Shown: positions 25,615-35,256, numbered from the stretch's first letter. The stretch: DNA of 41,805 nt from Minisyncoccia bacterium (GCA_050015515.1 JBEKBG010000007.1:1-41805), one strand, 5' to 3'. Made by a program: numbers and translations. Notes: a model not told the origin generated them from the letters alone.

Positions 25615-26628
25615 TTAATTGCTTTCTAAGTATTTAACTCTATTTTGGTTCTGTTCGTCAAGGGTCTTGGCGAATATTGTTTTTCCCGTCGCGGGATCGC
25701 TCAAATAGTAAAAGTAGGGGGAGTTTTGGGGATGGAGCGCAGCGGTAATGGCGGAAGTGCCTGGGTTGCCGATGGGATCTGGTGGCAAACCCTTATACAG
25801 GTAGGTATTGTAGGGCGAATCAATCTTGAAGTCAAGCGCCGAGAGAGAGCAGACCTGGGCAGTTGAGGTGGACGCCGCCAATAGCTTGGCGTAACAGACC
25901 GTCGCGTCGATGTCCAGAGGCATCCCGTCGGCCAGGCGCTTAAGGATGATTCCAGCGACGACCTCCTGATCCTGTTGGTCCGGCACCTCTTTTTCTACGA
26001 TCGAGGCAATGATAAGGGTGCTCGTCTCGTCCGTAAAGGTTGACGTGTTCCCCGCCGGGGCGGCGACAAAGAGCGGACCGGCCTTTGCATTAAAATCACT
26101 CGTCATTTCCTGGATCACGTCTTCCACGCTGTCGTTCGTATAAAACTGATAGGTGTCGGGAAATAGATGCCCTTCCAAATTTTGCGTCCTTGCGGCGGCG
26201 ATGAGCGCGCCGGGGCGAATCACGAGCGCGTTGCTCAGCATTCGATCGATGTTGAAAATGTTCGACCCCTCCGGGATAGTGACCGTCGCCTTCCCTGCTC
26301 TGCTGCCGGAAAGCATCGCCACGATCTGCGCCACATCCATCGACGGGCTTAACCGGTACAATCCCGGCTTGAGCGTAAACGCGCGACCATCCACCAGGGA
26401 AAAAATATCGAACGCGAACGGGCTACGAATAAGATGTGCGGCACGCAAATTCTGTGCGACCTCGCGAAAGCCATCGCCGGGGTTAACCTGGAATACGATC
26501 GGCGGTGTGGCGGCACTCCCCGCTGCGACATCCACCGGATCAAGACTGAAGAAAAACCACCCCGCCACGATAATGACGAGCGCAATAACTATTCCTACGA
26601 TAATATTTTTTTTCGTTAATATCCTCAC
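25615..26628 (-). CDS. mltG: Endolytic transglycosylase MltG
   Basis: N-terminal TM, TIPEG, LEGHLFPDTY, ASIVEKE, SPYNTY..GLPP.PI.NPG. Confidence 0.93.
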   Translation of the reverse strand: MRILTKKNIIVGIVIALVIIVAGWFFFSLDPVDVAAGSAATPPIVFQVNPGDGFREVAQNLRAAHLIRSPFAFDIFSLVDGRAFTLKPGLYRLSPSMDVAQIVAMLSGSRAGKATVTIPEGSNIFNIDRMLSNALVIRPGALIAAARTQNLEGHLFPDTYQFYTNDSVEDVIQEMTSDFNAKAGPLFVAAPAGNTSTFTDETSTLIIASIVEKEVPDQQDQEVVAGIILKRLADGMPLDIDATVCYAKLLAASTSTAQVCSLSALDFKIDSPYNTYLYKGLPPDPIGNPGTSAITAALHPQNSPYFYYLSDPATGKTIFAKTLDEQNQNRVKYLESN

Positions 26629-26685
26629 TTCTTTTTTCTACTCTTTTCTTTTTCCTCTTTTCTTTTAATCTCTCCATTATTGATG

Positions 26686-26769
26686 TCCGCAAGCGCTCAT
26701 AGCCGCATACTTTTTGGAGCAATTAATCTTCCTTGCTCCAAAAAGTATGCGGCTATGAGCGCTTGCGGA
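26686..26769. repeat. Long hairpin: perfect 37-bp arms, loop GGAAGATTAA (minus strand)
   Basis: 26686-26722 is the reverse complement of 26733-26769; right arm covers the last codons and stop of rodA. Confidence 0.92.
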
Positions 26770-27799
26770 TGGAATTAACAAGGGAGAGCGTAAAGAAATT
26801 TGCGAGCATACTCGATCCGCCGTAGCTAAAGAATGGGAACGTAACCCCAATGACCGGCATAAGGCCGGTAGTGGAGCCGGTGTTCAAGAGAAATTGCACG
26901 CCGAGCATGATCGCCGCGCCGAGACAGATGAACTTCTCAAAATTTTCATCGGCCAACAGCCCGATTCGCAAAATCTGGAAAATAAGGAACAAGAACGCCG
27001 CCACGATCACGATACCTCCAACAACGCCCCATTCCTCGATGAACGCGGCGAAGATAAAATCTTCCGACGGTTCGGAGAGGAACCCGAGCTGAGCCTGCGT
27101 CCCCTGACCATATCCCTGCCCCCAAAATCCCGCGGAGCCGATGGCGATCTTTGATTGTATCGCACTGTAATTGATGCCGAGCGCGTTCTGATCGGGATAT
27201 AAAAACCCGACGATGCGGGCGCGATGATACGGCTTCAGCACATATGTCCAGATCAGTCCGCCGGCGAGCAGAATAACGGCGATCGCAACGACGACGCGGC
27301 GCCACGGCAACCCAAGTAACAATAAAAATCCGAACCAGATGCCGAAGAAGATCACCGCGGAGCCGAGATCCGGAAGCTTTACCGAGATCGCCGCAGGGAG
27401 AACAAAGAATATAAAAGAGGTAAAAATGTTCTTCCAGCGCGCGATCGCCATATGCCGCCGGCTGAAATAGTTGGCGTAAAGCAAAATGAGCGCGACCTTC
27501 ATAAGCTCCACCGGCTGGAGGCTGAACGGTCCGAGCACCAGCCAACTGTGCGTGTTGCGCACGAGCGGCGACGCAAGCAGCGCAAGCACCATGAGCGCGA
27601 GCGCAAGCCCGTATAATCCCCAGATCACCCACTGCGAATTGAATATCGTGCGAACATCCACAAAGAACGAACCGACCACGAGCGCGATGCCAAGAACGAT
27701 CCATATTATTTGGAAGACAAAAAAATGAAACGAGATCGCCGAGAGAATGACCAAGCTCGCAGCGAGTAAAATTCCGACCGGGATGAATAATGCCAACAT
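26753..27799 (-). CDS. rodA: SEDS family peptidoglycan polymerase (RodA/FtsW)
   Basis: LQPVELMK, PDLGSA, QSKIAIGSAG..GQG, DFIFA..EEWG, G.TFPFFSYGGSS. Confidence 0.88.
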   Translation of the reverse strand: MLALFIPVGILLAASLVILSAISFHFFVFQIIWIVLGIALVVGSFFVDVRTIFNSQWVIWGLYGLALALMVLALLASPLVRNTHSWLVLGPFSLQPVELMKVALILLYANYFSRRHMAIARWKNIFTSFIFFVLPAAISVKLPDLGSAVIFFGIWFGFLLLLGLPWRRVVVAIAVILLAGGLIWTYVLKPYHRARIVGFLYPDQNALGINYSAIQSKIAIGSAGFWGQGYGQGTQAQLGFLSEPSEDFIFAAFIEEWGVVGGIVIVAAFLFLIFQILRIGLLADENFEKFICLGAAIMLGVQFLLNTGSTTGLMPVIGVTFPFFSYGGSSMLANFFTLSLVNSIRKRS

Positions 27800-27801
27800 A
27801 G

Positions 27802-28542
27802 CTAGCGAAGCGCGTACACCAATATTTGATTCACCGCCGGATTGATATTCGGCTCCGCGGGATAGAGCACGGAAAAATTATTGGTGGCGCCCGCGATAAC
27901 GTTATCCAATTCTGTCTGCGAAGCGCCAATGATATTTCCGCCGGCATCTTTAAAGAGCGCCATCACAATGACCCGCGCGTACGAAGCGACGCCCGTGTTC
28001 ACGAGCTGGCCGCCGACGGAAACGGTCGTGGAAGCAACGCTCGTCTGAACATTTTGCAGCGCGAACCCGCCCGGCGCGATCCCGGGATCGGTGCCGATCG
28101 TTCCGCTCGCAAGCCATTCCACGCCAGTGACCACAAGCGCCATGTGATCATACGCCCCCGGGATGGTCTCGTTGGGGAGAAAAATATATTTATTCTGACT
28201 CGGATAGATGAACGTCTGCCCGGGAATCGATTGGAGAACGGTGCCCGACGCATCATCAAAATCCAACTCATAATTGACGAGCGGCGCGCCATAATCGGCA
28301 TCGGCGTTTTGCAACTGTGCCAAAAAAGTATTGTGCCCCGGACTCGTGACGAACGTCGAGACGATGGACGCTGCAATCGGCGCGGTACTCGTGGGCGCGC
28401 ACATGCCCGGTGCACATGGCACCGGCGTGGAAGCGATGATGGACGGCAGCACGAACACAAAATAGATGCCAGCACAAACGACCAGCACGATCAAAAGATA
28501 AAACGTGCCATAGATGAGCTGCTTCGCGCGCCGGGTGGACAT
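27802..28542 (-). CDS. Membrane-anchored hypothetical protein with Ig-like (FxLYD-like) domains
   Basis: N-terminal TM; G.LVNTG...ALFKDAGGNIIGAS pattern; TATAAT 6 nt before the ATG. Confidence 0.7.
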   Translation of the reverse strand: MSTRRAKQLIYGTFYLLIVLVVCAGIYFVFVLPSIIASTPVPCAPGMCAPTSTAPIAASIVSTFVTSPGHNTFLAQLQNADADYGAPLVNYELDFDDASGTVLQSIPGQTFIYPSQNKYIFLPNETIPGAYDHMALVVTGVEWLASGTIGTDPGIAPGGFALQNVQTSVASTTVSVGGQLVNTGVASYARVIVMALFKDAGGNIIGASQTELDNVIAGATNNFSVLYPAEPNINPAVNQILVYALR

Positions 28543-28579
28543 GGATTCATTATAGATGATGTGGCGGACGTTGTCAGGA

Positions 28580-28608
28580 TTGACGCCAACACCAATGGGC
28601 TATATATT
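28580..28608 (+). promoter_or_regulatory. Sigma70-type promoter
   Basis: TTGACG-17nt-TATATT upstream of the GAGAGGT SD of the 28626 ORF. Confidence 0.6.
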
Positions 28609-28625
28609 CTTCGGAGAGGTGCCCC

Positions 28626-29021
28626 ATGTTGAAATTAGAGAATTTTTTAGCCCCTTCCAATGTCATTGGCCAAGGGTGCGACGTCCCGAGACTGACCGAA
28701 CTCCTTACTTTTGCTATCGGAAATAAGCCCGGATTACATTTCAATTACATGAGGCCGTTCCCGGAGACGGATCGCTCGGTCCGCGTGCTGGGGAAAAAGC
28801 CATTCGAAGGAGGCGTTTCCTTTCCTCGGCCAATGAGCCCGGAAGAAATGGCTCTCAGCCTCATGAAATATTCCGACTCGCGTCAGCCAGTAGACCAGGC
28901 AAGATATTCTACCCAGCCAAGCTCTTCCGCCATAAAGGGATGGATGATCAGCAGATCGGCCGATGACCTCGATGAGCAAGGAGACCCTCTCGTCGCCGCC
29001 TATGCCACATGGATCGATTGA
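28626..29021 (+). CDS. Hypothetical protein (131 aa)
   Basis: Has its own promoter, SD and downstream terminator; no recognisable motif. Confidence 0.65.
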   Translation: MLKLENFLAPSNVIGQGCDVPRLTELLTFAIGNKPGLHFNYMRPFPETDRSVRVLGKKPFEGGVSFPRPMSPEEMALSLMKYSDSRQPVDQARYSTQPSSSAIKGWMISRSADDLDEQGDPLVAAYATWID

Positions 29022-29027
29022 CGAACA

Positions 29028-29064
29028 AGGGGCGAAACGCATATGCGTTTCGCCCCTCTTTTTT
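29028..29064 (+). terminator. Palindromic terminator between the 28626 ORF and the 5S rRNA
   Basis: aggggcgaaacgcatatgcgtttcgcccct followed by ctttttt. Confidence 0.7.
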
Positions 29065-29076
29065 GAACGGCACTTT

Positions 29077-29193
29077 GATGTCGGCACATCCTACTTTCCC
29101 CGCCCGAGGGCAAGTATCATGGGATAGGGACGCTTTCACTTCTCTGTTCGGAATGGGAAGAGGTGGGACACGCCCGAATGAAGCACCGACATC
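29077..29193 (-). rRNA. rrf: 5S ribosomal RNA
   Basis: Minus strand ccacctcttcccattccgaacagagaagtgaa...gggaaagtagg, terminal helix gatgtcgg/ccgacatc; downstream of the 23S. Confidence 0.93.
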
Positions 29194-29205
29194 AAAAAGC
29201 CGTTC

Positions 29206-29270
29206 GCATGTGGGTGAGTGTTCTAAAAAACTAGAAGATTAATAGTTTTTTAGAACACTCACCCACATGC
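29206..29270. repeat. Long hairpin: perfect 28-bp arms, loop GAAGATTAA
   Basis: 29206-29233 vs 29243-29270 in the 23S-5S spacer. Confidence 0.92.
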
Positions 29271-29316
29271 TCACCGCCTAGTGATTAATTGATTCTTTAT
29301 TGTAGATAAAGAATGA

Positions 29317-29383
29317 GATAGTGCGCTGCATGCTTTTGAAAACTATTAATCTGCTAGTTTTCAAAAGCATGCAGCGCACTATC
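29317..29383. repeat. Long hairpin: perfect 29-bp arms, loop GCAGATTAA (minus strand)
   Basis: 29317-29345 vs 29355-29383 in the 23S-5S spacer. Confidence 0.92.
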
Positions 29384-29515
29384 GAATGCAAGTCAGCATT
29401 GGGATGGTTGGCGGGATTATTAGTACGTCTTGGCTAAAAACATTGCTGTCCTTACACCGAACGCCTATCAACGTCATAGTCTATGACGAAATCACGCATA
29501 CCTAATCTTGGGGTG

Positions 29516-29548
<33 letters not shown>

Positions 29549-29690
29549 CTTCCATACATAGCTACCCGGCAATTCACTTGGTAGCAAAGCCGGTAGACCA
29601 GAGGTATGTTCAACCCAGTCCTCTCGTACTAAGGTCAACTCCCCTCAAGTATTAAACGCCTGCAGCAGATAGAGACCGACCTGTCTCACG

Positions 29691-30045
29691 CAACTTCTTT
29701 TTCATCGCCATTACTGGCGGGTTGGACTATACCACCATCTCAATTGAGATGATCGACGTGTTAGCCCGGCATGATTGCCGGACTCCAGTTCTTTCGAACC
29801 AAGTCTCTAAGGGGTCAATGCACAAAAATAAATTTTGCGCACGACTTCCCTCGGTATTATCCTCACGGTCCAGGTCTAGACCACATAAGGACTTCACCGA
29901 TATGAGTCGATTTTCACGCTTTACGATTCGTCGGACGAATGACGAACTTTAATGCAAAGCTTCACTCCTTGGTATCGCTACCAAGGGCCGCCGTTTCTTC
30001 TTTTAACAGTTTCTTTCGTTACCTTCGATTGGGTTATCTACGTTG
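29691..30045 (-). ncRNA. Group I intron at 23S position 2593 (E. coli numbering), no ORF, 355 nt
   Basis: Interrupts GACCGU|CGUGAGA; exon ends in U, intron ends in G; core-like cttagagact and gtatagtcc. Confidence 0.9.
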
Positions 30046-30716
30046 ACGGTCTGAACCCAGCTCACGTGCCACTTTAATTGGCGAACAGCCAAACGCTTGG
30101 GAGCTTCTACACCCCCGCGCTGTGGCGAGCCGACATCGAGGTGCCGAGCATTGTCGTCGCTAGGGACGCTCGGACAATACTAGCCTGTTATCCCCGGAGT
30201 AGCTTTTATCCGGTGTCTCCGGCCTTTCTATGAAGGGCCGTCGGGTCACTAACTTCTGCTTTCGCACCTGCTCGTCTTGTAGGACTCGCAGTCAAGCCAG
30301 CTTTTGCGTTTGCACGTCCTGCCCGATTTCCATCCGGGCTAAGCTGACCTTAATAAACTCCTCCGTTACTCTTTTGGAGGAAAACGCCCCATTTAAACTG
30401 CCTACCAAGCACTGTCTTCGCATGGCTTCCCCGAAGGGTTCCATACGAGTTAGACGTTAAAGTTTTAAAAATGGCTGTTTCATTGTCGGATCCACGTCAC
30501 CCGAAAGCGACGCTTCAAATCCTCACCACTACGCTACGTAGTAAAACTCTAAAATCAATACCAAGCTGCAGTAAAGCTTCCGGGGTCTTTTCGTCCCGCT
30601 GCAGGTATCCCGCGTCTTCACGGGAATCGCATTTTCACCGAGCTCATCGTTGAGACAGTTCTCCGGTCGTTACACCTTTCGTGCGCTTCGGAACTTACCC
30701 GAAAAGGAATTGCGCT

Positions 30717-31166
30717 CAAACATGTTACAACACTTTTTGTTGGCCAAAACATTTCTGCTTGGCTCTCTATGTCGCCATAGAGTTCGGACTATATCTTATC
30801 GCCTTGCGACGATCCTAACGTGTAGTCTCTGAGGATCCTTCGCGCATCGAGTAATGGGTGGGAATGGGATCCGAAGATCCCATTCCCATGGGAGATAACA
30901 CAACTTTGCTGTGTCAATACATTCCGGATGAGCCGAAGCTCAAAATATCCTCTTGCGGGATACCGAATGGCGTTGAACCAAAAGATTCGCGGCGTCACGG
31001 TCCCGCATCGGGAAATGTCGGACTTTGACCTTATGTTTTCGCCCATTATTCGATGCACCAAGTTTCCTGCTGATTGTCCGCATCGATCAAAGATTGTTAC
31101 CTTGCGGTACTTTGATATGCGCGGGTATTCCAGCATATAGTTAGGTTTTACTAAGGCAATGCAATC
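30717..31166 (-). ncRNA. Group I intron at 23S position 1931, 450 nt
   Basis: Interrupts CUAAGGU|AGCG; 5' gccttag guide pairs with the exon; aatcagcagg, ctcagagactac, aagatatagtcc; terminal G. Confidence 0.92.
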
Positions 31167-31180
31167 ACCTTAGAACGATT

Positions 31181-31922
31181 CTTTCACGTTATCACCCGCT
31201 CGTTTTTTAATTTAAGCGGGATCCTCATGGTCGCCCATGAGATCGGACTATATCATCTCTAAAATGTTTTAGAGTCTGGCGTATAGTCTCTGAGGATTCC
31301 TTGATAGTCTATTTCACGTCGTTCCAGTTATATTTACGCCTTCTTCCCCTGCCCTCATTTAAATTTTCTCTGATAGCGACAATTTCTTGAAGTCCTTTTG
31401 GATCAAGATGCTTCCCTTGCTCCATTAAAAATGCAATTTGTCTAAACAGAGAAAAGTTTTTCTGTTTTGATAAGGAAAAGAAAGAAAACTTTTCAAAAAA
31501 CGGTATGACGCGATCAATGATCGAACGATAATCGCCAACAACGAAGTAATGCACTCCGTCCTTTCGATATTGCAATCGTCCGCAACCTAAATGACTTTTT
31601 AATAATTCCAAATTGGCGATGTCGCGCTGGGCCACGTTGAAGGTCATTTGCACCTGCCATCCGAGGCGGTGCCCATTCCCTTTTCGAAGAGAGACGTTAA
31701 AACTTCCCTCTCCATCTGTGAAACCAGAAAGATACCAGCCAACGTTGTCTGGAATTTTCTCAAGCCATTCACGGTTATACCAAGGCCTTTCCTGCTGATT
31801 GTCTGCACCGATCATATTGTCACTATACTCAATCAAGATTAAATCTTTATTAAATATAGTAATGTCGGATACCCAGAGTTTCCAGCATTTGGCCAGATTT
31901 TATAACTACAATCGTTATGTTT
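31181..31922 (-). mobile_element. Group I intron at 23S position 1917 carrying a homing endonuclease, 742 nt
   Basis: Interrupts AACUAU|AAUCG; core aatcagcagg, ctcagagactata, gatatagtcc; terminal G. Confidence 0.92.
31309..31836 (-). CDS. Single-motif LAGLIDADG homing endonuclease
   Basis: WYLSGFTDGEGSF, F.VAQ, LGCG, IPFFEK..K..NF..F motifs; lies inside the L1917 intron. Confidence 0.95.
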   Translation of the reverse strand: MIEYSDNMIGADNQQERPWYNREWLEKIPDNVGWYLSGFTDGEGSFNVSLRKGNGHRLGWQVQMTFNVAQRDIANLELLKSHLGCGRLQYRKDGVHYFVVGDYRSIIDRVIPFFEKFSFFSLSKQKNFSLFRQIAFLMEQGKHLDPKGLQEIVAIRENLNEGRGRRRKYNWNDVK

Positions 31923-33341
31923 ATAGTTATCGCTGACATTGACGAGGGCTTGACTCAGTGAGCAGTACAGATTGCTCCATACCACCCCCAAGCTTGACCT
32001 TCTCGCATCGGTCAGGTGTCACCCCCTATACATCCTGTTGCCAGTTAGCAGGGAGCTGTGTTTTTGGTAAACAGTCGCCAGAGATTCTTTAGCTGCGGCC
32101 CTACTTGCCCCGGCTTACGCCGGACTTCATAGGGCAGGCCTTATTGCTAACTTACGGCCGCTATTTTGCCTAGTTCCTTAACGATGAATCACTCGTTCCC
32201 CTTGGGCTACTCGCCCTATCCACCAGTGTCGGTTTACGGTACGGAGACCCTCGAAAGGCACTTCACAGATGTCGGCCAAGTAAATTCTTAACCTTCTCTC
32301 GGTACACGCTTGCGCTCAGTACAAAGAATGCCAAACCAATAAGGCACATCTGCTTATCTCCTTTGTCCTCTGGTTATGATCGTACGGTCGGGCTGGAATA
32401 TTAACCAGCTTCCCATCGACTGCCCCTTTCGGGATCGCCTTAGGACCGCCTCACCCGTGGTTGATTGCCAGTGCCACGGAAACCTTGGATTTTCGGGGTT
32501 CCAATTTCTCATTGGGATTGTGGTTACTCATTCCAACATTTTCTCTTCCGGCCGCTCCAGTCGCCCTCGCGGGTCGACCTTCTCTGCAGGCCGAAATGCT
32601 CTCCTACCACTTACACCTCCCGAAGGAAGTATAAATTCGTATCTTCGGTACCATGCTTAGCCCCGGTACATTTTCGGCGCCGCGACCCGTCGAATAGTGA
32701 GTTGTTACACACTCTTTAAAGGATGGCTACCTCTAAGCCAACCTCCTATCTGTCTATGGGTTACGACTACCTTTCACACTTAGCATGGATTTAGGGACCT
32801 TAGATGACGATCTGGGCTCTTCCCCTCGCGACCACGGAGCTTAGCCCCCGCAGTCTAACTAGCAAGATCTTGACTCTCGGTATTCGGAGTTTGATTGATC
32901 GTTCGGTCTTTCGACCTGTAACGATCATCCAGTGCTCTACCCCCAAGAGGAACTCTTGCCGCCAGTCCTAAAACTGTTTCGGAGAGAACCAGCTATTACG
33001 TTATTCGATTAGCTTTTCACTCCTTACCTCAGCTCATCCGAAGATTTTGAACAATCAACCGGTTCGGGCCTCCCTCCCGATTTCTCGGGAGTTCACCCTG
33101 GCCAAGGCAAGCTCATAACGCTTCGGGTCTATCTTCTGCTGCATATATGTCGCCCTATTCAGACTCGCTTTCGCTATGCCTACACGCTATGCGCGCTTAG
33201 ACTGCAACAAAAAATAAGTCGTTGGATCATTCTTCAATAGGCACACTGTTACACTCGAACTCCCTTGCGGGAGATCGTTCGTGCTTCAGTTCCTTGTAGG
33301 CAAACGGTTTCAGGTTCTATTTCAACGGCCTCACCGGCCTG

Positions 33342-33378
<37 letters not shown>

Positions 33379-33951
33379 ATCTAGAAAAGTATTTAGCCTT
33401 ACCTGATAGTACAGGTATATTCCTCCGGAACTGTTTTACTCCGAAGTACTCGAGTTAAAAAACTAAGGAGACCAATTGTTTTCGTCTAGGGGGCTATCAC
33501 CCGCTCTGGCGCCGCTTTCCAGACGGCTTTGACTAACAAAAGATTTTTTTACTCCTCCACCTCTTAATGAGTAACGAAACACACACTTGCGTATGTGCTA
33601 CGTTACTTATTAAAAGAGCGTCTTTAGACTATACCCTAAGGTCGCAATATAAATCACAACCTTAGTTTGGGCTGTTCCCTGTTCTCTCGCCGATACTAGG
33701 GGAATAACTGATTTGTTCTTTTTTCCTCCGCTTACTGGAATGTTTTACTTCAGCGGGTACGCGAATCGACTTGCGTCGAAACAATTGAGGTTTACTCAAC
33801 TAGGTTTCCCCATTCGGAAATCCCCGGATCATAGATTGCTACGCATCTCCCCGAGGCATATCGTTGCTACGCCACGTCCTTCATCGCCTTTTCTAGTCTA
33901 GGCATCCACCGTTCGCCCTTATTTGCCAACCATCCCAATGCTGACTTGCTC

Positions 33952-34032
33952 GTGATGTGCACGAATTAGTTTTTTTGACGGAAATGCCAGGTAGGAACCT
34001 GACCGTCAAAAAAATTAATTCGCGCACATCAC
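33952..34032. repeat. Fold-back element: 25-bp arms around the conserved 31-nt core
   Basis: Arms 33952-33976/34008-34032 (2 mismatches); core gacggaaatgccaggtaggaacctgaccgtc. Confidence 0.9.
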
Positions 34033-34382
34033 TTGCCATCAGTAAGAAAAAATTCTCACTGATGATTTGACTCTGACTTGCCACGAGAAATTGAGTACAT
34101 ATGCGTATGCACCGATCCGGCCCGCCCGCAATGCGGACGTTAGCGACCAGACCTAATAGTGACACAGAGTCTCCATATTATGTCCTCCGACTCTACAATT
34201 CGGAGTTCCGCCAAAACGGCAGATGATTTTAAATAACGCTACCAATGCCGCGAGGCACTGAGGATACAAGGGCCAAGAAAAAAAATCAGCCGCTCAGCGG
34301 CCGTTCCCTCACGTGAAATACGCGCGGTCAGCCGTCTTGCTGTGAAAGATTAGTGTTCTTTACCATTCGTATCTTAGGGATA

Positions 34383-34410
34383 AGTATACTCGGCCGGAAA
34401 AGGATGTCAA
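34383..34410 (-). promoter_or_regulatory. Sigma70 promoter, probably for the 23S-5S unit
   Basis: TTGACA-16nt-TATACT on the minus strand about 450 nt upstream of the 23S. Confidence 0.75.
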
Positions 34411-34483
34411 TAGGGTGTGCCGGAAGGTACATTAGAGAATTCCATGAGGATGCTTTTACTGCCTATTTATATCGTGATATCCT

Positions 34484-34972
34484 ATGCTTATGACGGAATC
34501 TTCTGAATATTATAAGAGCCTTCCCAAGAAAAGAATGGGGGCGGGGGCGTTGTTTTTTAATAAAAGAAAAGAACTCTTGATTGTAAGACCTACTTATAAA
34601 AATCACTGGTCAATCCCTGGGGGCGTAGTTGACGCAAATGAATCTCCACGGGAAGCATGCGTTCGCGAGATAAAAGAGGAGATGGGATTGACCATCTCCG
34701 AACCGCGATTCTTGTGCGTGGCCTATTATAAAAATCCCGGCGTCGAAAAAGGTGAGGGTCTCCAGTTCATGTTCTATGGAGGAATCATGGATGACGCTAC
34801 GGCGACGCATATTGTTTTACAAAAAGAAGAGTTGTCCGAATATAAATTCGTCCCGATCAATGAAGCGATCCAACTTCTTGGAAAGGGATTAGCGGTAAGA
34901 TTGCCATTCTGCATGGAAGCGATTGCCAGCGAAAAAGCGGTGTATCTCGAAAGAGAAAGCTCCGATTCATAG
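34484..34972 (+). CDS. NUDIX hydrolase
   Basis: Nudix box PGGVVDANESPREACVREIKEEMGL. Confidence 0.92.
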   Translation: MLMTESSEYYKSLPKKRMGAGALFFNKRKELLIVRPTYKNHWSIPGGVVDANESPREACVREIKEEMGLTISEPRFLCVAYYKNPGVEKGEGLQFMFYGGIMDDATATHIVLQKEELSEYKFVPINEAIQLLGKGLAVRLPFCMEAIASEKAVYLERESSDS

Positions 34973-34989
34973 ATATAATTTTAACCAGA

Positions 34990-35070
34990 GAAACAAAACC
35001 ATCCTCTCGTTTTTGACGGTCACGTTCCTACGTGGCATTTCCGTCAAAAACGAGAGGATGGTTTTGTTTC
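34990..35070. repeat. Fold-back element: perfect 25-bp arms around the same 31-nt core in the opposite orientation
   Basis: Arms 34990-35014/35046-35070; core reverse complement gacggaaatgccacgtaggaacgtgaccgtc. Confidence 0.92.
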
Positions 35071-35076
35071 GAGTTG

Positions 35077-35147
35077 TCGGGCCGCCGGGAATCGAACCCG
35101 GTCTTTACGAACCCGAATCGCACGTACTACCGGTATACTACGGCCCG
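35077..35147 (-). tRNA. tRNA-Pro(CGG), CCA not encoded
   Basis: Cloverleaf cgggccg...cggcccg-a, anticodon loop TT-CGG-GT, T loop TTCGATT. Confidence 0.93.
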
Positions 35148-35256
35148 TAGAATACCAAGGTATTTAACCGCGTTTGGGAAAATAATTCAACTAGGACGCC
35201 AGCCTTAGCTGCTCAGATTATTTTAGATATATTTAATGCAAGATTTTTTATAATGC

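Noticed and set aside
29206-29383. Tandem hairpins as a CRISPR array
   Set aside because: No direct repeats with unique spacers and no cas genes; these are inverted repeats sharing only the central ~23 nt.
30789-31136. 115-aa ORF in the L1931 intron as a homing endonuclease
   Set aside because: No LAGLIDADG, HNH or GIY-YIG motif; it reads through ribozyme core sequence and hairpins.
33977-34007. 31-nt core as SRP RNA domain IV
   Set aside because: Only a superficial caggt..ggaa similarity; it lacks the AGCAG internal-loop strand and occurs twice in opposite orientations.
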